In this document: positions 1 through 10,501 of the stretch, piece by piece
Layout: each line of letters starts with the position of its first letter
Position numbering within the stretch: position 1 is the first letter of the stretch
Position numbers and translations under genes: made by a program
NCBI GenBank assembly: GCA_002898735.1
Contig: BEHY01000005.1
Coordinates: forward strand, 4,772 to 68,771
Origin: Candidatus Thermoflexus japonica
Lineage (GTDB): Bacteria > Chloroflexota > Anaerolineae > Thermoflexales > Thermoflexaceae
Length of the DNA stretch: 64,000 nt
Direction of reading: 5' to 3'
Notes under the pieces: generated by a model
What the model was told of the DNA's origin: nothing
The model's database searches: none
What the model saw: only the letters and a program-made list of their open reading frames with translations

Positions 1-1
1 A

Positions 2-1210
2 ATGCGCCGCATCCTGGAGATCGATCCGGTGAACCTGAGGGCCGTGGTGCAGCCCGGCGTGGTGAACATCGCGGTCTCCCAGGCCGCCGCCGCCCACGGC
101 CTGTATTACGCCCCGGATCCCTCCAGCCAGAAGGCATGCACCATCGGTGGCAATATCGCGGAGAACTCCGGGGGGCCCCATTGCCTGGCCTACGGAGTGA
201 CGACCAACCATGTCCTCGGCCTGGAGGTGGTGCTGCCCGATGGCGAGGTCATCGAGGTCGGCGGCGCCGCCTGCGACTGGCCGGGCTACGACCTCACCGG
301 GCTGATCGTCGGCTCGGAAGGCACGCTGGGGATTGTCACGAAGGCGGTTCTCCGCCTGATGCCTGTGCCCGAGGCGGTGGTGACCCTGCTGGCGGTCTTC
401 GACACCGTGGACCAGGCCAGCGAGGCCGTGTCCGCGATCATCGCCGACGGCACCATCCCGGGAGCCATCGAAATGATGGACCACACGGCGATCCAGGCTG
501 TGGAAAGCGCCAAGCGCTGCGGCTACCCGATGGACGCAGGGGCGGTGTTGCTGATCGATGTCGAGGGGCTTCCGGAAGGACTGGAGGAGCTCGCCCGCCA
601 CATCGCCCGCCTCTGCGAGCACTTCGATGCCCGGGAGGTTCGCATCGCGACGGACCCGGCCGAGCGGGAGCGCCTGTGGTCCGGCCGCAAGGGGGCCTTC
701 GGGGCCATGGGCCGCCTGGCGCCCAGCTACTACGTTCAGGATGGGGTGGTGCCCCGGGATCAGCTGCCACGGGTCCTCCGACGGATCCAGGAAATCGGGC
801 AGCGCTATGGCCTCACCATCGCCAACGTCTTCCACGCGGGCGATGGGAACCTCCACCCGCTGATCCTTTTCGACGAACGGGACCCGGAGCTCACCCGACG
901 GGCCGTGGAGGCCGGAGCGGAGATCATCCGGGCCTGCGTGGAGGCCGGCGGCACCCTGACCGGCGAGCACGGGGTCGGGCTGGAGAAGCGGGATCTGATG
1001 CCCCTGCTCTTCTCACCGGCGGACCTGGAGGCGATGGCCCGCATCAAGGCAGCCTTCAACCCGGAGAACCGCCTCAACCCCTGCAAGATGTTCCCCTCCA
1101 CAAAGATGTGTCTGGAAACGTGGAGCCGCCGCAAAGCCCGTATGACGGAGCCCGTTCGTTATCGCGCCGCGCCGCCTCCTGCGGAGATGGAGGAGGAGTT
1201 GTGGATCTAA
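2..1210 (+). CDS. glcD: FAD-linked oxidase, glycolate oxidase subunit GlcD-like (5'-truncated by window edge)
   Basis: Motifs APDPSSQKACTIGGNIAENSGG, GSEGTLG, FHAGDGNLHP and GEHGVG; adjacent to a GlcE-like gene. Confidence 0.8.
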   Translation: MRRILEIDPVNLRAVVQPGVVNIAVSQAAAAHGLYYAPDPSSQKACTIGGNIAENSGGPHCLAYGVTTNHVLGLEVVLPDGEVIEVGGAACDWPGYDLTGLIVGSEGTLGIVTKAVLRLMPVPEAVVTLLAVFDTVDQASEAVSAIIADGTIPGAIEMMDHTAIQAVESAKRCGYPMDAGAVLLIDVEGLPEGLEELARHIARLCEHFDAREVRIATDPAERERLWSGRKGAFGAMGRLAPSYYVQDGVVPRDQLPRVLRRIQEIGQRYGLTIANVFHAGDGNLHPLILFDERDPELTRRAVEAGAEIIRACVEAGGTLTGEHGVGLEKRDLMPLLFSPADLEAMARIKAAFNPENRLNPCKMFPSTKMCLETWSRRKARMTEPVRYRAAPPPAEMEEELWI

Positions 1211-1212
1211 CG

Positions 1213-2466
1213 ATGCGTTATACCCTGAACGACTCTACCCCCCACATCGTGCGGCAACCGCAGACCGTGGAGGAGGCCGCCGAAGCCCTCCGGGAGGCCG
1301 CCCGTTCCGGCTGGGCGGTGGTGCCCTGGGGGAGCGGCACCCATCAGGGGATCGGTCACACCCCCGCCCGTTACGACCTCGCCCTGGATCTCACCCGGCT
1401 CTCCCGCGTCCTGCGCCATCGCCCGGCCAACCTCACCATCCGGGTGGAAGCCGGGATCCGCCTCGCCGAACTGAACGCGATGCTGGCCGAACACGGTCAG
1501 TGGCTTCCCCTCGATCCCCCCTTTGGAGATCGGGCGACGATCGGAGGGATCCTAGCAACAGGCCTGAGCGGGCCGTTGCGGGCCCGCTACGGTTCGGCGA
1601 GGGACCTGCTGATCGGGATCCGGGTCGCCCTGGCCGATGGAACGCTCATCCAGGGTGGAGGCGAGGTGGTCAAGAATGTGGCCGGATATGATCTCCCGAA
1701 GCTGTTCCACGGCGCGCTGGGGACCCTCGGGGTGATCGTGGAAGCGGCCTTCAAACTGTGGCCGCGCCCGAAGGCGGAGGCCACGTGGGTGTTCGGCTTC
1801 CCCCGCGCCGAGGATGCGCTGTCGCTGACCCTGAGCATGCTCCGCCATCCGGGCTTCCCCATGGCGGTGGAAGTCCTGAACGCCCGGGCATGGGAGGCCC
1901 TGCGAGCGGAAATGGAGCTCCCCGCGGACCCTGGAGCACGGGTCTGGGTGCTGGTGCGGGCCGGCGGATGGCCGGCGCAGGTCGAACGGATCGGGCGGGA
2001 CGCCGTGGCCGCGTCCTCCGGGGCCCGGGTGAAAGACCGCTTGCCGGAGGAAACCGCCTCGACCCTGTGGGCTCGTGTTTCCTCCGTCGCGATCCTCCCC
2101 CACCCCGCGCCTCCAGGGGCGCTGGGCGTGCGCCTGGGATTGTTGCCCGCCCAGCTGGCGGAAGGCGCTGCAACCCTGGAAGCCCTGGAAGAGATCCCGG
2201 TCCTCTGGCGGGCCCACGGGACCCTGGGCCTGATCTACGCCGAGGGCCGCGGGCCGATGGAGACGCTCCTTCGATGGGCGGAGAACCTTCGTTCCCTCGC
2301 CCTCACCCGGGGTGGGCACTTCATGATCCTCGCCGGTCCGGAATCGGTGAAACAGGCCCTGGGCCTGTGGGCTCCGCTCCGGCCGGAGGTGGAGGTGATG
2401 CGCCGGGTCAAAGCCCAGCTTGACCCGGAGGGTCGGCTGAACCCCGGGCGCCTGGGCTGGGCATAG
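1213..2466 (+). CDS. glcE: FAD-binding oxidoreductase, GlcE-like
   Basis: ATG at 1213 directly after the glcD stop; ATIGG, GGEVVKNVAGYDLPKL, GTLGVI and C-terminal DPEGRLNPG motifs. Confidence 0.8.
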   Translation: MRYTLNDSTPHIVRQPQTVEEAAEALREAARSGWAVVPWGSGTHQGIGHTPARYDLALDLTRLSRVLRHRPANLTIRVEAGIRLAELNAMLAEHGQWLPLDPPFGDRATIGGILATGLSGPLRARYGSARDLLIGIRVALADGTLIQGGGEVVKNVAGYDLPKLFHGALGTLGVIVEAAFKLWPRPKAEATWVFGFPRAEDALSLTLSMLRHPGFPMAVEVLNARAWEALRAEMELPADPGARVWVLVRAGGWPAQVERIGRDAVAASSGARVKDRLPEETASTLWARVSSVAILPHPAPPGALGVRLGLLPAQLAEGAATLEALEEIPVLWRAHGTLGLIYAEGRGPMETLLRWAENLRSLALTRGGHFMILAGPESVKQALGLWAPLRPEVEVMRRVKAQLDPEGRLNPGRLGWA

Positions 2467-2475
2467 TTTCGAAGA

Positions 2476-2530
2476 GGCCTGCGCCATAGGGGCCGCTCGC
2501 CTTTCGGACAGGGGTCCGGCGGCGCAGGCC
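2476..2530. repeat. Intergenic 10-bp inverted repeat, possible stem-loop or terminator
   Basis: GGCCTGCGCC (2476-2485) pairs with GGCGCAGGCC (2521-2530); no clear U-tract. Confidence 0.4.
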
Positions 2531-2580
2531 ATGCCCGGGTCCCTGAAAACCTCGGGGATAGCAACCCACGGGGGTTAACC

Positions 2581-3012
2581 ATGCGCTGTGCCTTCTGCCG
2601 TATCCTTCGTGGCGAGACCCCCGCCTTCACGGTGCTGGAAGATGAAATCTCCATCGCCTTCCTGGACCATCGTCCCCTGTTCCCGGGGCACTGTCTTCTG
2701 ATCCCGAGGGATCACTATGAGACCCTGGCCGATTTGCCCCCGGAACTGGTGGGGCCGCTGTTCCAGAACGCCCGTCTCCTGGCCCGGGCGGTGGAAGTCG
2801 GGCTGGGAGCGGAGGGGTCCTTCGTGGCCATCAACAACCGGGTGAGCCAGAGCGTGCCGCATCTGCACATTCACATTGTTCCCCGGCGGAAAGGGGATGG
2901 GCTGAGGGGCTTTTTCTGGCCCCGCCAGCGCTATGCGGGCGAGGCCGAGATGGCGGAGGTCGCCCGGAAGCTCCGCGAGGCGATCGCTCAGCTGCGGGAG
3001 AGCGGATGCTGA
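2581..3012 (+). CDS. HIT family nucleotide hydrolase
   Basis: N-terminal CAFC and the histidine triad QSVPHLHIHIVPR. Confidence 0.9.
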   Translation: MRCAFCRILRGETPAFTVLEDEISIAFLDHRPLFPGHCLLIPRDHYETLADLPPELVGPLFQNARLLARAVEVGLGAEGSFVAINNRVSQSVPHLHIHIVPRRKGDGLRGFFWPRQRYAGEAEMAEVARKLREAIAQLRESGC

Positions 3013-3015
3013 GGG

Positions 3016-3885
3016 CTACTCCCTTTGAAGAAAGCGGCGGTTCCGGCTATCGAAATGCCCGAGGATCCCGCTGATGCGGATCACCTCTACCCCCCGCGCC
3101 TCCAGCTCCGCGATCCACGGGTTCACCCCCACGCTGTCGCTGGCAATGTGGCCGGTGATCAGCAGCTGTCCCCGCCCCTCCTGTCGCAACCGCGCCAGCT
3201 CGCCCGGCGCGATATGGATATAAGCCACCGTGTCGATCCCATGCTCGAAGTAAGTCCGGGCCACCGCATAGCCCCCGTTGGTCAGGGCACCGTGGACCAT
3301 CACCACCTTCCCCGCCGGAGCGTTCGGCTCCCCCATCGCAATCCGGATCGGCGTCTCCGCCTCCCGGAACTCCGGGAGCTGCCCCAGCGCCTCCACGATC
3401 TCCTGAAGGCGAGCATGGGGGTTGCGGGCAAGGGTTTCATCGATCACCCCCTGGAGAATCCGACGCCCGGCTTCGTCGCACGGGGCATGCAGATTGAGAA
3501 AAGGGATGTTCAATAAGCGAGCTACGGAGACCACATGATCGTAATTATCCGAATGGCCGGAGATCTCCAGCTCCTCCATGCGCGCTCGGACCGCCGCCTC
3601 CGCAGCCTCCCGGGGGATCCCGTGGGCGATCATCAGCTCCACATGGCGCCGGTAGACCGGCGCCATCCGGTGACGCACCCCGACAGGATGATGAGCGACC
3701 ACGGCGTCGCAGCCCAGCTGCCGGGCCAGCAACAGCTCCGCCGTCCCGATATCGATGCCCACCAGCACCCGCCGGATCCCCCGCCCGGGCACGTAGATCG
3801 CCGAATCCGGCGGCAGCTCCGACCATCCCACCAGATCCAGCGCGATGGCCACCAGATCTTCTGTCGTCAGGCCGCTTCTACTCAT
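3016..3885 (-). CDS. Nif3-like dinuclear metal-centre protein
   Basis: RVLVGIDIG, DAVVAHHP, NLHAPCD and GHIASD metal-ligand motifs; start MSRSG at 3885. Confidence 0.6.
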   Translation of the reverse strand: MSRSGLTTEDLVAIALDLVGWSELPPDSAIYVPGRGIRRVLVGIDIGTAELLLARQLGCDAVVAHHPVGVRHRMAPVYRRHVELMIAHGIPREAAEAAVRARMEELEISGHSDNYDHVVSVARLLNIPFLNLHAPCDEAGRRILQGVIDETLARNPHARLQEIVEALGQLPEFREAETPIRIAMGEPNAPAGKVVMVHGALTNGGYAVARTYFEHGIDTVAYIHIAPGELARLRQEGRGQLLITGHIASDSVGVNPWIAELEARGVEVIRISGILGHFDSRNRRFLQRE

Positions 3886-3962
3886 CCTGGATCCCACCTC
3901 TTCCGGAGGATCACGGCCCGCCTTCCCAGGCCGATGGCGTCAAAATCGAAGGGAAAGCCCGG

Positions 3963-5147
3963 CTAATCCCCCCACAGGGCGTTGCCCAGGCGGGCCATAC
4001 GACGCATCAGGCTCTCCCGCAGGCTCCACCAGCGCTCCGGGTTGGCCTGGAGATCGATCCGCTCCAGGGCGATCTCAGCCCAGCGACGGGCCTCGATCGG
4101 ATCCCGTCGAACCCGCTCATAGTAGCGGGCCAGCCGGGCCGCCGGAAGCACCTCATCCGGGATCTCCATCGCCCACTCCTGCCAGATCCGGGCGGCCTCC
4201 TCCAGGCGCCCCATCCGACGCAACAGGGTCCCCAGGGCATGCCACGCCGCCCGACGGAGCTCCGGGTCCTCCCCTCCCTCCTCCAGGGCCCGGCGGAAGG
4301 CGCGCTCAGCGGCCTCCCAGCGGCCGCTGTCCTGATACCACCGGCCCAGCTGCACCCAGTCCCAACCCTGGACCGCGGGGTCCATCTCCGGCGTCTCGAA
4401 CAGATGGGCCAGCCGGGCCGCCAGGATGACCATGGAAAGCACATCCTGGCGGTTGTGGAGGAACACCCCCTCCAGCAGATCCGGATTCCGGGTTTGCAGA
4501 TAAGACCAGTAACGCGAGGGGATCTCATGGCCGGGCACATCGTCCGGGGAACGCTCCAGCCCCAGCACGGCCTCCTCCAGGGCGGCCAGCGCCCGTGAGG
4601 GAAGGCGACGCCGCCAGAGACGACGGGCGGTGGGTAGAAGATCCCAGTGGGGGACGCTCAGGCCGGGCCAGCGAAGCCGTTGAATCGCGAGACGCATCTC
4701 GATCAGGGGAAGATCAAAGCCCCGCCCGTTGAACGTCACCAGCCCCTGCACCCCATGCGTCAGGGCCAGGAAGGCCCGCCAGAACACAGGCTCCACCGCT
4801 GGATCGGCGAGAAAGAGCTGGCGGAACACCAGCGCCTCCCCCTCGATCCGGGCGAAGCCGATGAGGAAAATCATCGTTCCGGCCCCTCCCGCCAGCCCGG
4901 TGGTCTCCGTATCCAGAAAGAGCACCCCCTCCGGCGGGATGTCCAGCCAGTCCGGGTGGCCCGCCAGGGTCGCCACCGCTCCCCGCGGGGCCGTCCGCCA
5001 GGCTTCCAGCGGAAGATCGCCATGCCACGTGAACAGCGGCAGGGATTCCTCCCACAGGCGGATCCCTTCCTCCGGTGAAGGAGGAGATTCCATTTGCACC
5101 GGGCGGCTTCCTCGAAGCCGGCGCCATCGGGATTCCAAGGACTCCAT
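3963..5147 (-). CDS. YprB/MrfB-like RNase H-fold (DEDD) exonuclease with C-terminal TPRs
   Basis: FLDTETTGL, VTFNGRGFDLP, HWDLL and HNRQDVLS motifs followed by TPR-like helices. Confidence 0.8.
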   Translation of the reverse strand: MESLESRWRRLRGSRPVQMESPPSPEEGIRLWEESLPLFTWHGDLPLEAWRTAPRGAVATLAGHPDWLDIPPEGVLFLDTETTGLAGGAGTMIFLIGFARIEGEALVFRQLFLADPAVEPVFWRAFLALTHGVQGLVTFNGRGFDLPLIEMRLAIQRLRWPGLSVPHWDLLPTARRLWRRRLPSRALAALEEAVLGLERSPDDVPGHEIPSRYWSYLQTRNPDLLEGVFLHNRQDVLSMVILAARLAHLFETPEMDPAVQGWDWVQLGRWYQDSGRWEAAERAFRRALEEGGEDPELRRAAWHALGTLLRRMGRLEEAARIWQEWAMEIPDEVLPAARLARYYERVRRDPIEARRWAEIALERIDLQANPERWWSLRESLMRRMARLGNALWGD

Positions 5148-5314
5148 CGCTCCCACGCCTGGATTGGATCAGGATCCACGCCGCCGGGCTCCCGTTCGGG
5201 GAGGCAGGATGGCCCTTCCTCCCTCGGGCTATGCGGGCGCCTTCAACGCCCCGTCCGGCCCGCAAAGCCCCACGGGAAGCCAGCGGCCAGACCTCCGTGG
5301 AAACGCCTCGACCT

Positions 5315-6592
5315 TCATCGTGGACCCCGCAGGACCTCCACCCCCATGTAGGGGCGCAGGGCTTCAGGGACCACAATGCTGCCATCCCGCTGCTGATAGT
5401 TCTCCAGGATCGCGATCACGGTTCGGGGAAGGCCGAGGCCGGACCCGTTGAGGGTATGCACGTAACGCGGGCGTGCGCCCGGGCGTGGCCGGTAGCGCAG
5501 GTTCGCCCGCCGGGCCTGGAAGTCCTCGGTGTTGCTCACCGAGCTCACCTCCAGCCATTCGCCGCAGCCGGCCGCATACACTTCCACATCGTAGGTTTTC
5601 GCCGCCGCGAAACCCAGATCCCCGGTGCAGATCTCCACCACGCGGGTCGGCAACCCCAGACGCCGACATGTGTCCACCACGTCCTCCACCATCTTCTCCA
5701 GCTCCAGATAGGAGGTCTCCGGCGTGGTGAACTTGTAGAGCTCCACCTTATCGAACTGATGCCCACGCTTGATCCCCCGCACATCCCGGCCGGCCGACAT
5801 CCGCTCCCGGCGGAAGCACGGCGTGTAGGCCACATAATACAGGGGCAGCTGATCCGCCTCCAGGATCTCATCCCGATGCAGGTTGGTGAGGGGCACCTCG
5901 GCGGTGGGAACCAGCCAGATATCATCCTCCACATCGTGATAGAGGTTGTCCTCGAATTTGGGAAGCTGCCCGGCGCCCACCAGCGCCTCCCGCTTGACCA
6001 CGAAGGGCACATAGACCTCTGTGTAACCATGGATCTGCGTGTGAAGATCGAGAAGCCACTGGATCAGGGCCCGCTCCAGGCGCGCGCCCAATCCCCAGAG
6101 CACATAAAAACGGCTTCCGGAGAGCTTGACCCCCCGCTCGAAGTCGATCAGCCCCAGACGAGGTCCCAGTTCCCAGTGGGGGAGCGGCGTGAAGTCGAAC
6201 TCCGGGATCTCCCCTTCCACCCGCACCACCCGGTTGGCAGACTCATCCGGACCGACGGGGACGCTGGGGTGGGGGATGTTCGGGAACTGCAGCAAAAGCT
6301 CCTCCCGCTGCCCTTCCAGATCCCGAAGCCGCGCCTCCTCCGCCGCCAGGCGTTCGCCCAGTTCCCGCATCTCGGCAATGCGGGCCTCCCGCTCCGGGCC
6401 CGGCGGCATCTTCCCGATCTCCCGCGAGACCTGATTGCGCACCGCCCGCAGGCGCTCCACTTCCTGCAGCGCCGCCCGATACGCTTCATCCAGCTCCAGA
6501 AAGCGATCCACCAGATCCGGGGATTCCCCGCGGTGCTGAAGCCCGATCCGGATCTCCTCCGGATTGCGCCGGATGCGTTCCACGTCCAGCAT
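5315..6592 (-). CDS. serS: Seryl-tRNA synthetase
   Basis: [11 protein letters not shown] start, [21 protein letters not shown] and [11 protein letters not shown]; 425 aa. Confidence 0.97.
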   Translation of the reverse strand: MLDVERIRRNPEEIRIGLQHRGESPDLVDRFLELDEAYRAALQEVERLRAVRNQVSREIGKMPPGPEREARIAEMRELGERLAAEEARLRDLEGQREELLLQFPNIPHPSVPVGPDESANRVVRVEGEIPEFDFTPLPHWELGPRLGLIDFERGVKLSGSRFYVLWGLGARLERALIQWLLDLHTQIHGYTEVYVPFVVKREALVGAGQLPKFEDNLYHDVEDDIWLVPTAEVPLTNLHRDEILEADQLPLYYVAYTPCFRRERMSAGRDVRGIKRGHQFDKVELYKFTTPETSYLELEKMVEDVVDTCRRLGLPTRVVEICTGDLGFAAAKTYDVEVYAAGCGEWLEVSSVSNTEDFQARRANLRYRPRPGARPRYVHTLNGSGLGLPRTVIAILENYQQRDGSIVVPEALRPYMGVEVLRGPR

Positions 6593-6761
6593 GGCGTTCT
6601 CCTTATTGAACGGGTTCCCCTTCATTCGGAGGGTTATGGAGACATGCGAGATGGCCCTTACCGGCCCTGTCTGTTCCTCAAACCCGAGGGGGATCCTTCG
6701 TCTTTCACCCCCATCAGACCCAGCGCACAGGCGGACAACCGGACACCTCCCGCTTGTTATA

Positions 6762-6791
6762 ACCATAAACCGGCGGGAAGATCCCCGTCAA
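6762..6791 (-). promoter_or_regulatory. Candidate sigma70 promoter for serS
   Basis: Minus strand TTGACG-18 nt-TATGGT. Confidence 0.4.
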
Positions 6792-7046
6792 ACATGGTCC
6801 GGATGAGGCGGTGTCCCCCCGGATTGGGGGATCCATCCACCGCCCTCTTCTGGAGAGCGGCAGGCTCCCCATGCTTTGCGGCGCCTCCCTGCTGTCCAAA
6901 CCCCGGCAACCGAACCAGGCAATCGTTAGAATTCGGCCAAACCCCTTGCGCGGAATAGATTTTTATTTTACAATTTCCATGGTTGAAGATGAAATCGTAA
7001 TGTTCTCTATCACCGAAAGCGAATGAAGAAATCGGAACAGGAGGTC

Positions 7047-7403
7047 ATGATGTTGACGAACATCCGGAAGGCGCCCGCGGAGGAAGCAGGGGATCAGGAT
7101 CGTCTGATGGCCCTGCTGGCTTACATCATCGGGATCATCGTTCCCCTGATCATCCTGCTCACCGATATGAAGAACCGTCCCTTTCAGAAATACCACGCCG
7201 TCCATGCCCTCGTCGCCCAGGTCGCCCTGACGGTGATCTTCTTCGCCCTGGGCCTGATCCCCATCATCGGCTGCATCACCCCTCTCCTGGGCCTGGCCGC
7301 CTTTGTGCTGTTCGTTTACTACGGAATCCAGGCTTATCAGGGGAACTACTTCGAGATCCCGGGCATCACCGCCTTCGCTCGTCAGCAAGGATGGCTCTCC
7401 TGA
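7047..7403 (+). CDS. Small membrane protein, DUF4870/Tic20-like
   Basis: RLMALLAYIIG...PFQKYHAVHAL...AYQGNYFEIP pattern; GGAGG RBS upstream. Confidence 0.7.
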   Translation: MMLTNIRKAPAEEAGDQDRLMALLAYIIGIIVPLIILLTDMKNRPFQKYHAVHALVAQVALTVIFFALGLIPIIGCITPLLGLAAFVLFVYYGIQAYQGNYFEIPGITAFARQQGWLS

Positions 7404-7580
7404 AAATCGAGGAACAGGACCCTCATCCTCTCCGGCATTCCGCCGCTGGATGTTCCTTTAAGGACTTTGGGGGGCTGACGAGTCGCTGAAGGCGACGAAC
7501 CGGCCCCCTGCCTGATTCTTCCCCCCTGCTGCGCCATCCCCCATGATAGGGGGTTCATGCCGGGGGCGCGGCATCCGCCC

Positions 7581-8618
7581 CTAACCCGACGCCTCCGGGG
7601 GAGCCTGGCGCAACACCCACATGAGCACTCCGGCCAGCAGGGCCAGAGCCAGCGCTTTATAGAGGGCGGACGGGATCAGCAGCGCGATCCCTCCTGCCGC
7701 CGCCGCAAAGCCGTAATAAGCCATCCGGATCCGATGGGGAGACCACCCCGCATCCAGCAGGCGGAAGTGCAGATGGTCCCGCCCCCCCTGGGTGGGACGT
7801 CGCCCTCGACGCCAGCGATAGGCAATCAGCCACGCCACGTCCGCGATGGGCAACGCCATGGCCATCACGACCGTGGCCACCTTCGCGCCCCCGATGATCG
7901 CCAGAACCCCCAGGGTGTATCCGAGGAAGAGCGCGCCGGAGGACCCCAGAAACAGGCGGGCGGGCGACCAGTTCCAGGGAAGAAACCCCAGACAGGCTCC
8001 TGCCAGGGCCGCGGGCAGCAACGCCACGCTGTGCTGAGGGGGATCCAGACGATAGCCGGCATGCAGGAACAGGATCAGAGCCACAATGGCCACCACCCCG
8101 CTGGCCAGGCCGTCGATCCCATCCAGCCAGTTCACCGTGTTCATCATCCCCATCAACCAGAAGACCGTCAGCAGGACAACGATCGGAAGGGGGAAATAAA
8201 GCGGACGGCCAGTCAGCGGGTTATTGACGTATTCGATGAAAATCAGAAAGGGGAGGGACAGAAGGGCGATCAGGGCCTGGCCGAGGAACTGCGGCCCCGG
8301 GGGGAGTTCCCAGCGATCGTCGATCAGCCCCAGGATCAGGCTGAGCGTTCCGCCCAGCAAAAGGCCCGTAAGGCGGACCACTTCTTTCGGATCAAAACGG
8401 GGAATCGGGAGGATCTGCGCGAAGAGGACCGTCACGACGAAAGCCAGCCAGAGCGCCAGGCCGCCGGTGCGCGGGATCTCCCCGCGATGCCGCCGGCGCC
8501 CTCCCGGCCGATCCAGCATCCCCAGACGATAACCCAGACGCGCCGCCAGCGGGGTCGATCCCCCCGAAAGCAGAAAGGCGATCAGGAACACCAGCAGGGC
8601 CGCCAGAGGGAAGGGCAT
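7581..8618 (-). CDS. MraY/WecA/TagO family polyprenyl-phosphate GlcNAc-1-phosphate transferase
   Basis: DRPGGRRRHRGEIPRTGG, GLIDD, NTVNWLDGIDGLASG and RDHLHFRL motifs; multiple TM segments. Confidence 0.9.
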   Translation of the reverse strand: MPFPLAALLVFLIAFLLSGGSTPLAARLGYRLGMLDRPGGRRRHRGEIPRTGGLALWLAFVVTVLFAQILPIPRFDPKEVVRLTGLLLGGTLSLILGLIDDRWELPPGPQFLGQALIALLSLPFLIFIEYVNNPLTGRPLYFPLPIVVLLTVFWLMGMMNTVNWLDGIDGLASGVVAIVALILFLHAGYRLDPPQHSVALLPAALAGACLGFLPWNWSPARLFLGSSGALFLGYTLGVLAIIGGAKVATVVMAMALPIADVAWLIAYRWRRGRRPTQGGRDHLHFRLLDAGWSPHRIRMAYYGFAAAAGGIALLIPSALYKALALALLAGVLMWVLRQAPPEASG

Positions 8619-8636
8619 CCTCGCTCCGTTCCGAAA

Positions 8637-9296
8637 TCATGATGGAACTGCCGAACTACGGCTGACCCGTTCCGCGACGCGGCGGATCTGCTGGAAGACC
8701 TCCCGGGCCGGGATCTTCTGATCCCTGGGGAAGCCCACATGGATCTGGAGGTGATGGGGCTCCGCGCGGCGCACCGACAGGCGGGCGATATAAGGATAGG
8801 AGCGGCTCAGATCGCCCAGGCATTCCTCGATCACCCGCGGCGCCATGGCCCCCCGATACGCCAGGCGTCCCCCCGCCAGGTCCATGTTCTCCCACTCCCC
8901 CCAGACAATGCGCTGGAGGATCTCCCGCCCGGTCCACATCGCGGGGTTGGCCCATTCTCCCTCAAAGGCCGGGGGTTGCCGTAGCCGCGCCCGCACGATC
9001 ATCAGATCCCGCCGCCCGCGCCAGCGGGAGAACAGCCAGAGAAAGGGCACATCGCGAGGCTCGAAAACCAGGAGAAGCTCCACCTCCCGGAAGGGGGTTT
9101 TCGCCTCGCGCATCCTCAGCCGAACCAGCGACGTCCCCACCCATTCCAGCGTGGTCCGCTCGCTGAGCAGGGGCAGCCCCTCCCGCATCCAGCGTAAAAG
9201 GCGCTGGCCTTTATGGACGTTCCATTGCATGCCCAGGAAAAACCATCCAATGATCAGGATGGCTCCCGTCATCAGGATCGGCACACCCAGGTCCAT
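8637..9296 (-). CDS. Hypothetical protein with N-terminal membrane anchor
   Basis: Start MDLGVPIL, one hydrophobic helix, then a soluble domain; coding-like composition. Confidence 0.6.
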   Translation of the reverse strand: MDLGVPILMTGAILIIGWFFLGMQWNVHKGQRLLRWMREGLPLLSERTTLEWVGTSLVRLRMREAKTPFREVELLLVFEPRDVPFLWLFSRWRGRRDLMIVRARLRQPPAFEGEWANPAMWTGREILQRIVWGEWENMDLAGGRLAYRGAMAPRVIEECLGDLSRSYPYIARLSVRRAEPHHLQIHVGFPRDQKIPAREVFQQIRRVAERVSRSSAVPS

Positions 9297-9562
9297 CCCT
9301 GACCCCCAGGACGAATCGGCTTGGGACTTGTGTTGCTGGCTCCAATCCTGAGAGGCAAGATAACCCCTCCCCTCGAGGAGAGGATGGAGCACACGTTGGC
9401 CTCCCGTGAAGAGGCCAGCGGCGTAACTCCGGGTTTGTTTCCATTATTATAATGTAGGAGTTGCACGGTGAGCCTCCTCTGGGGGGCTCCGGGGCGATCC
9501 CGATTTCTGGATTCGGATTCAACGGCGCAGGTTTTAACCCGGATCTGGCGGCACATTCCCGG

Positions 9563-10360
9563 ATGGCTCGTGTTCGTCTGGATCTCCTCCTGGTGGAGCG
9601 AGGGCTGGCGGAAAGCCGGGAGCGCGCCCAGCGCCTGATCCGCGCGGGCCGGGTGCGAATCGGGGACCGGGTGGTGGATAAGCCGGGGACCATGGTTCCG
9701 GTGGATGCGCCCATCACCGTAACCGAGCCCCTCCCCTATGTGAGTCGGGGCGGCATCAAGCTGGCCGCGGCCCTGGCTCGCTTCCCGGTCCCGGTCCGGG
9801 GGGCGATCTGCGCGGATATCGGCGCTTCCACCGGAGGATTCACGGATTGCCTGCTTCAGCACGGCGCCGCCCGGGTTTACGCGATCGATGTGGGCTACGG
9901 TCTTCTGGATCTGCGGTTGCGCCAGGATCCCCGGGTGATCGTCATGGAGCGGACCAACGCCCGTTACCTGACCGCGCTCCCGGAGCCGGTCCATCTGGTG
10001 ACCATCGATGTCTCTTTCATCTCCGTTCGCCTGATCCTTCCCAACGCACATCGCTGGCTCGTCCCGGATGGTCATGCGATTGTCCTGGTGAAGCCTCAGT
10101 TCGAGGCCGGTCGCTCGGAGGTTCGGCGGGGCGTGGTGCGTGATCGCGCCGTTCACGAACGGGTGCTGCGGACCCTGATCGAGTGGAGCATGGGGCAGCG
10201 CTGGTGGCCCCGGGGGCTGATCCCCTCGCCGCTGCTCGGGCCGGCCGGCAACATCGAGTTCCTGCTATGGCTTCAAAAGGGGGAAGGGCCAGCGGATCCG
10301 GAAGCGATGATCCGCGAGGCCTTCGCCGAGCTCGAGGCTCATCCCCCTTCGCGGGAATAG
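9563..10360 (+). CDS. tlyA: TlyA family rRNA 2'-O-methyltransferase
   Basis: S4 domain [44 protein letters not shown] and GPAGNIEFL. Confidence 0.95.
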   Translation: MARVRLDLLLVERGLAESRERAQRLIRAGRVRIGDRVVDKPGTMVPVDAPITVTEPLPYVSRGGIKLAAALARFPVPVRGAICADIGASTGGFTDCLLQHGAARVYAIDVGYGLLDLRLRQDPRVIVMERTNARYLTALPEPVHLVTIDVSFISVRLILPNAHRWLVPDGHAIVLVKPQFEAGRSEVRRGVVRDRAVHERVLRTLIEWSMGQRWWPRGLIPSPLLGPAGNIEFLLWLQKGEGPADPEAMIREAFAELEAHPPSRE

Positions 10361-10501
10361 TAAGCCGGGGGCGCGCCGGGAGGCGTGTCCCCCTGTCAGG
10401 GAACATCCTTCGCCCTCCGTGCCCCCACCGGTGGACGGCAGGCATGCCGCTCAGGGTAGGTCAGAAAGCTGGCGATCTTCGTGATCGGGGAGTCTCCGGC
10501 C

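Noticed and set aside
136-1212. N-terminal extension of the 776-aa ORF, suggesting a GlcD-GlcE fusion or frameshift
   Set aside because: The extension is Arg/Gly/Pro-rich noise overlapping glcD; glcD ends normally at 1210 and glcE has its own ATG at 1213
6593-6760. Possible T-box or ribozyme in the serS leader (CTGATG...GAAA)
   Set aside because: No T-box core (GGTGG-ACC), no terminator, and the hammerhead consensus is incomplete
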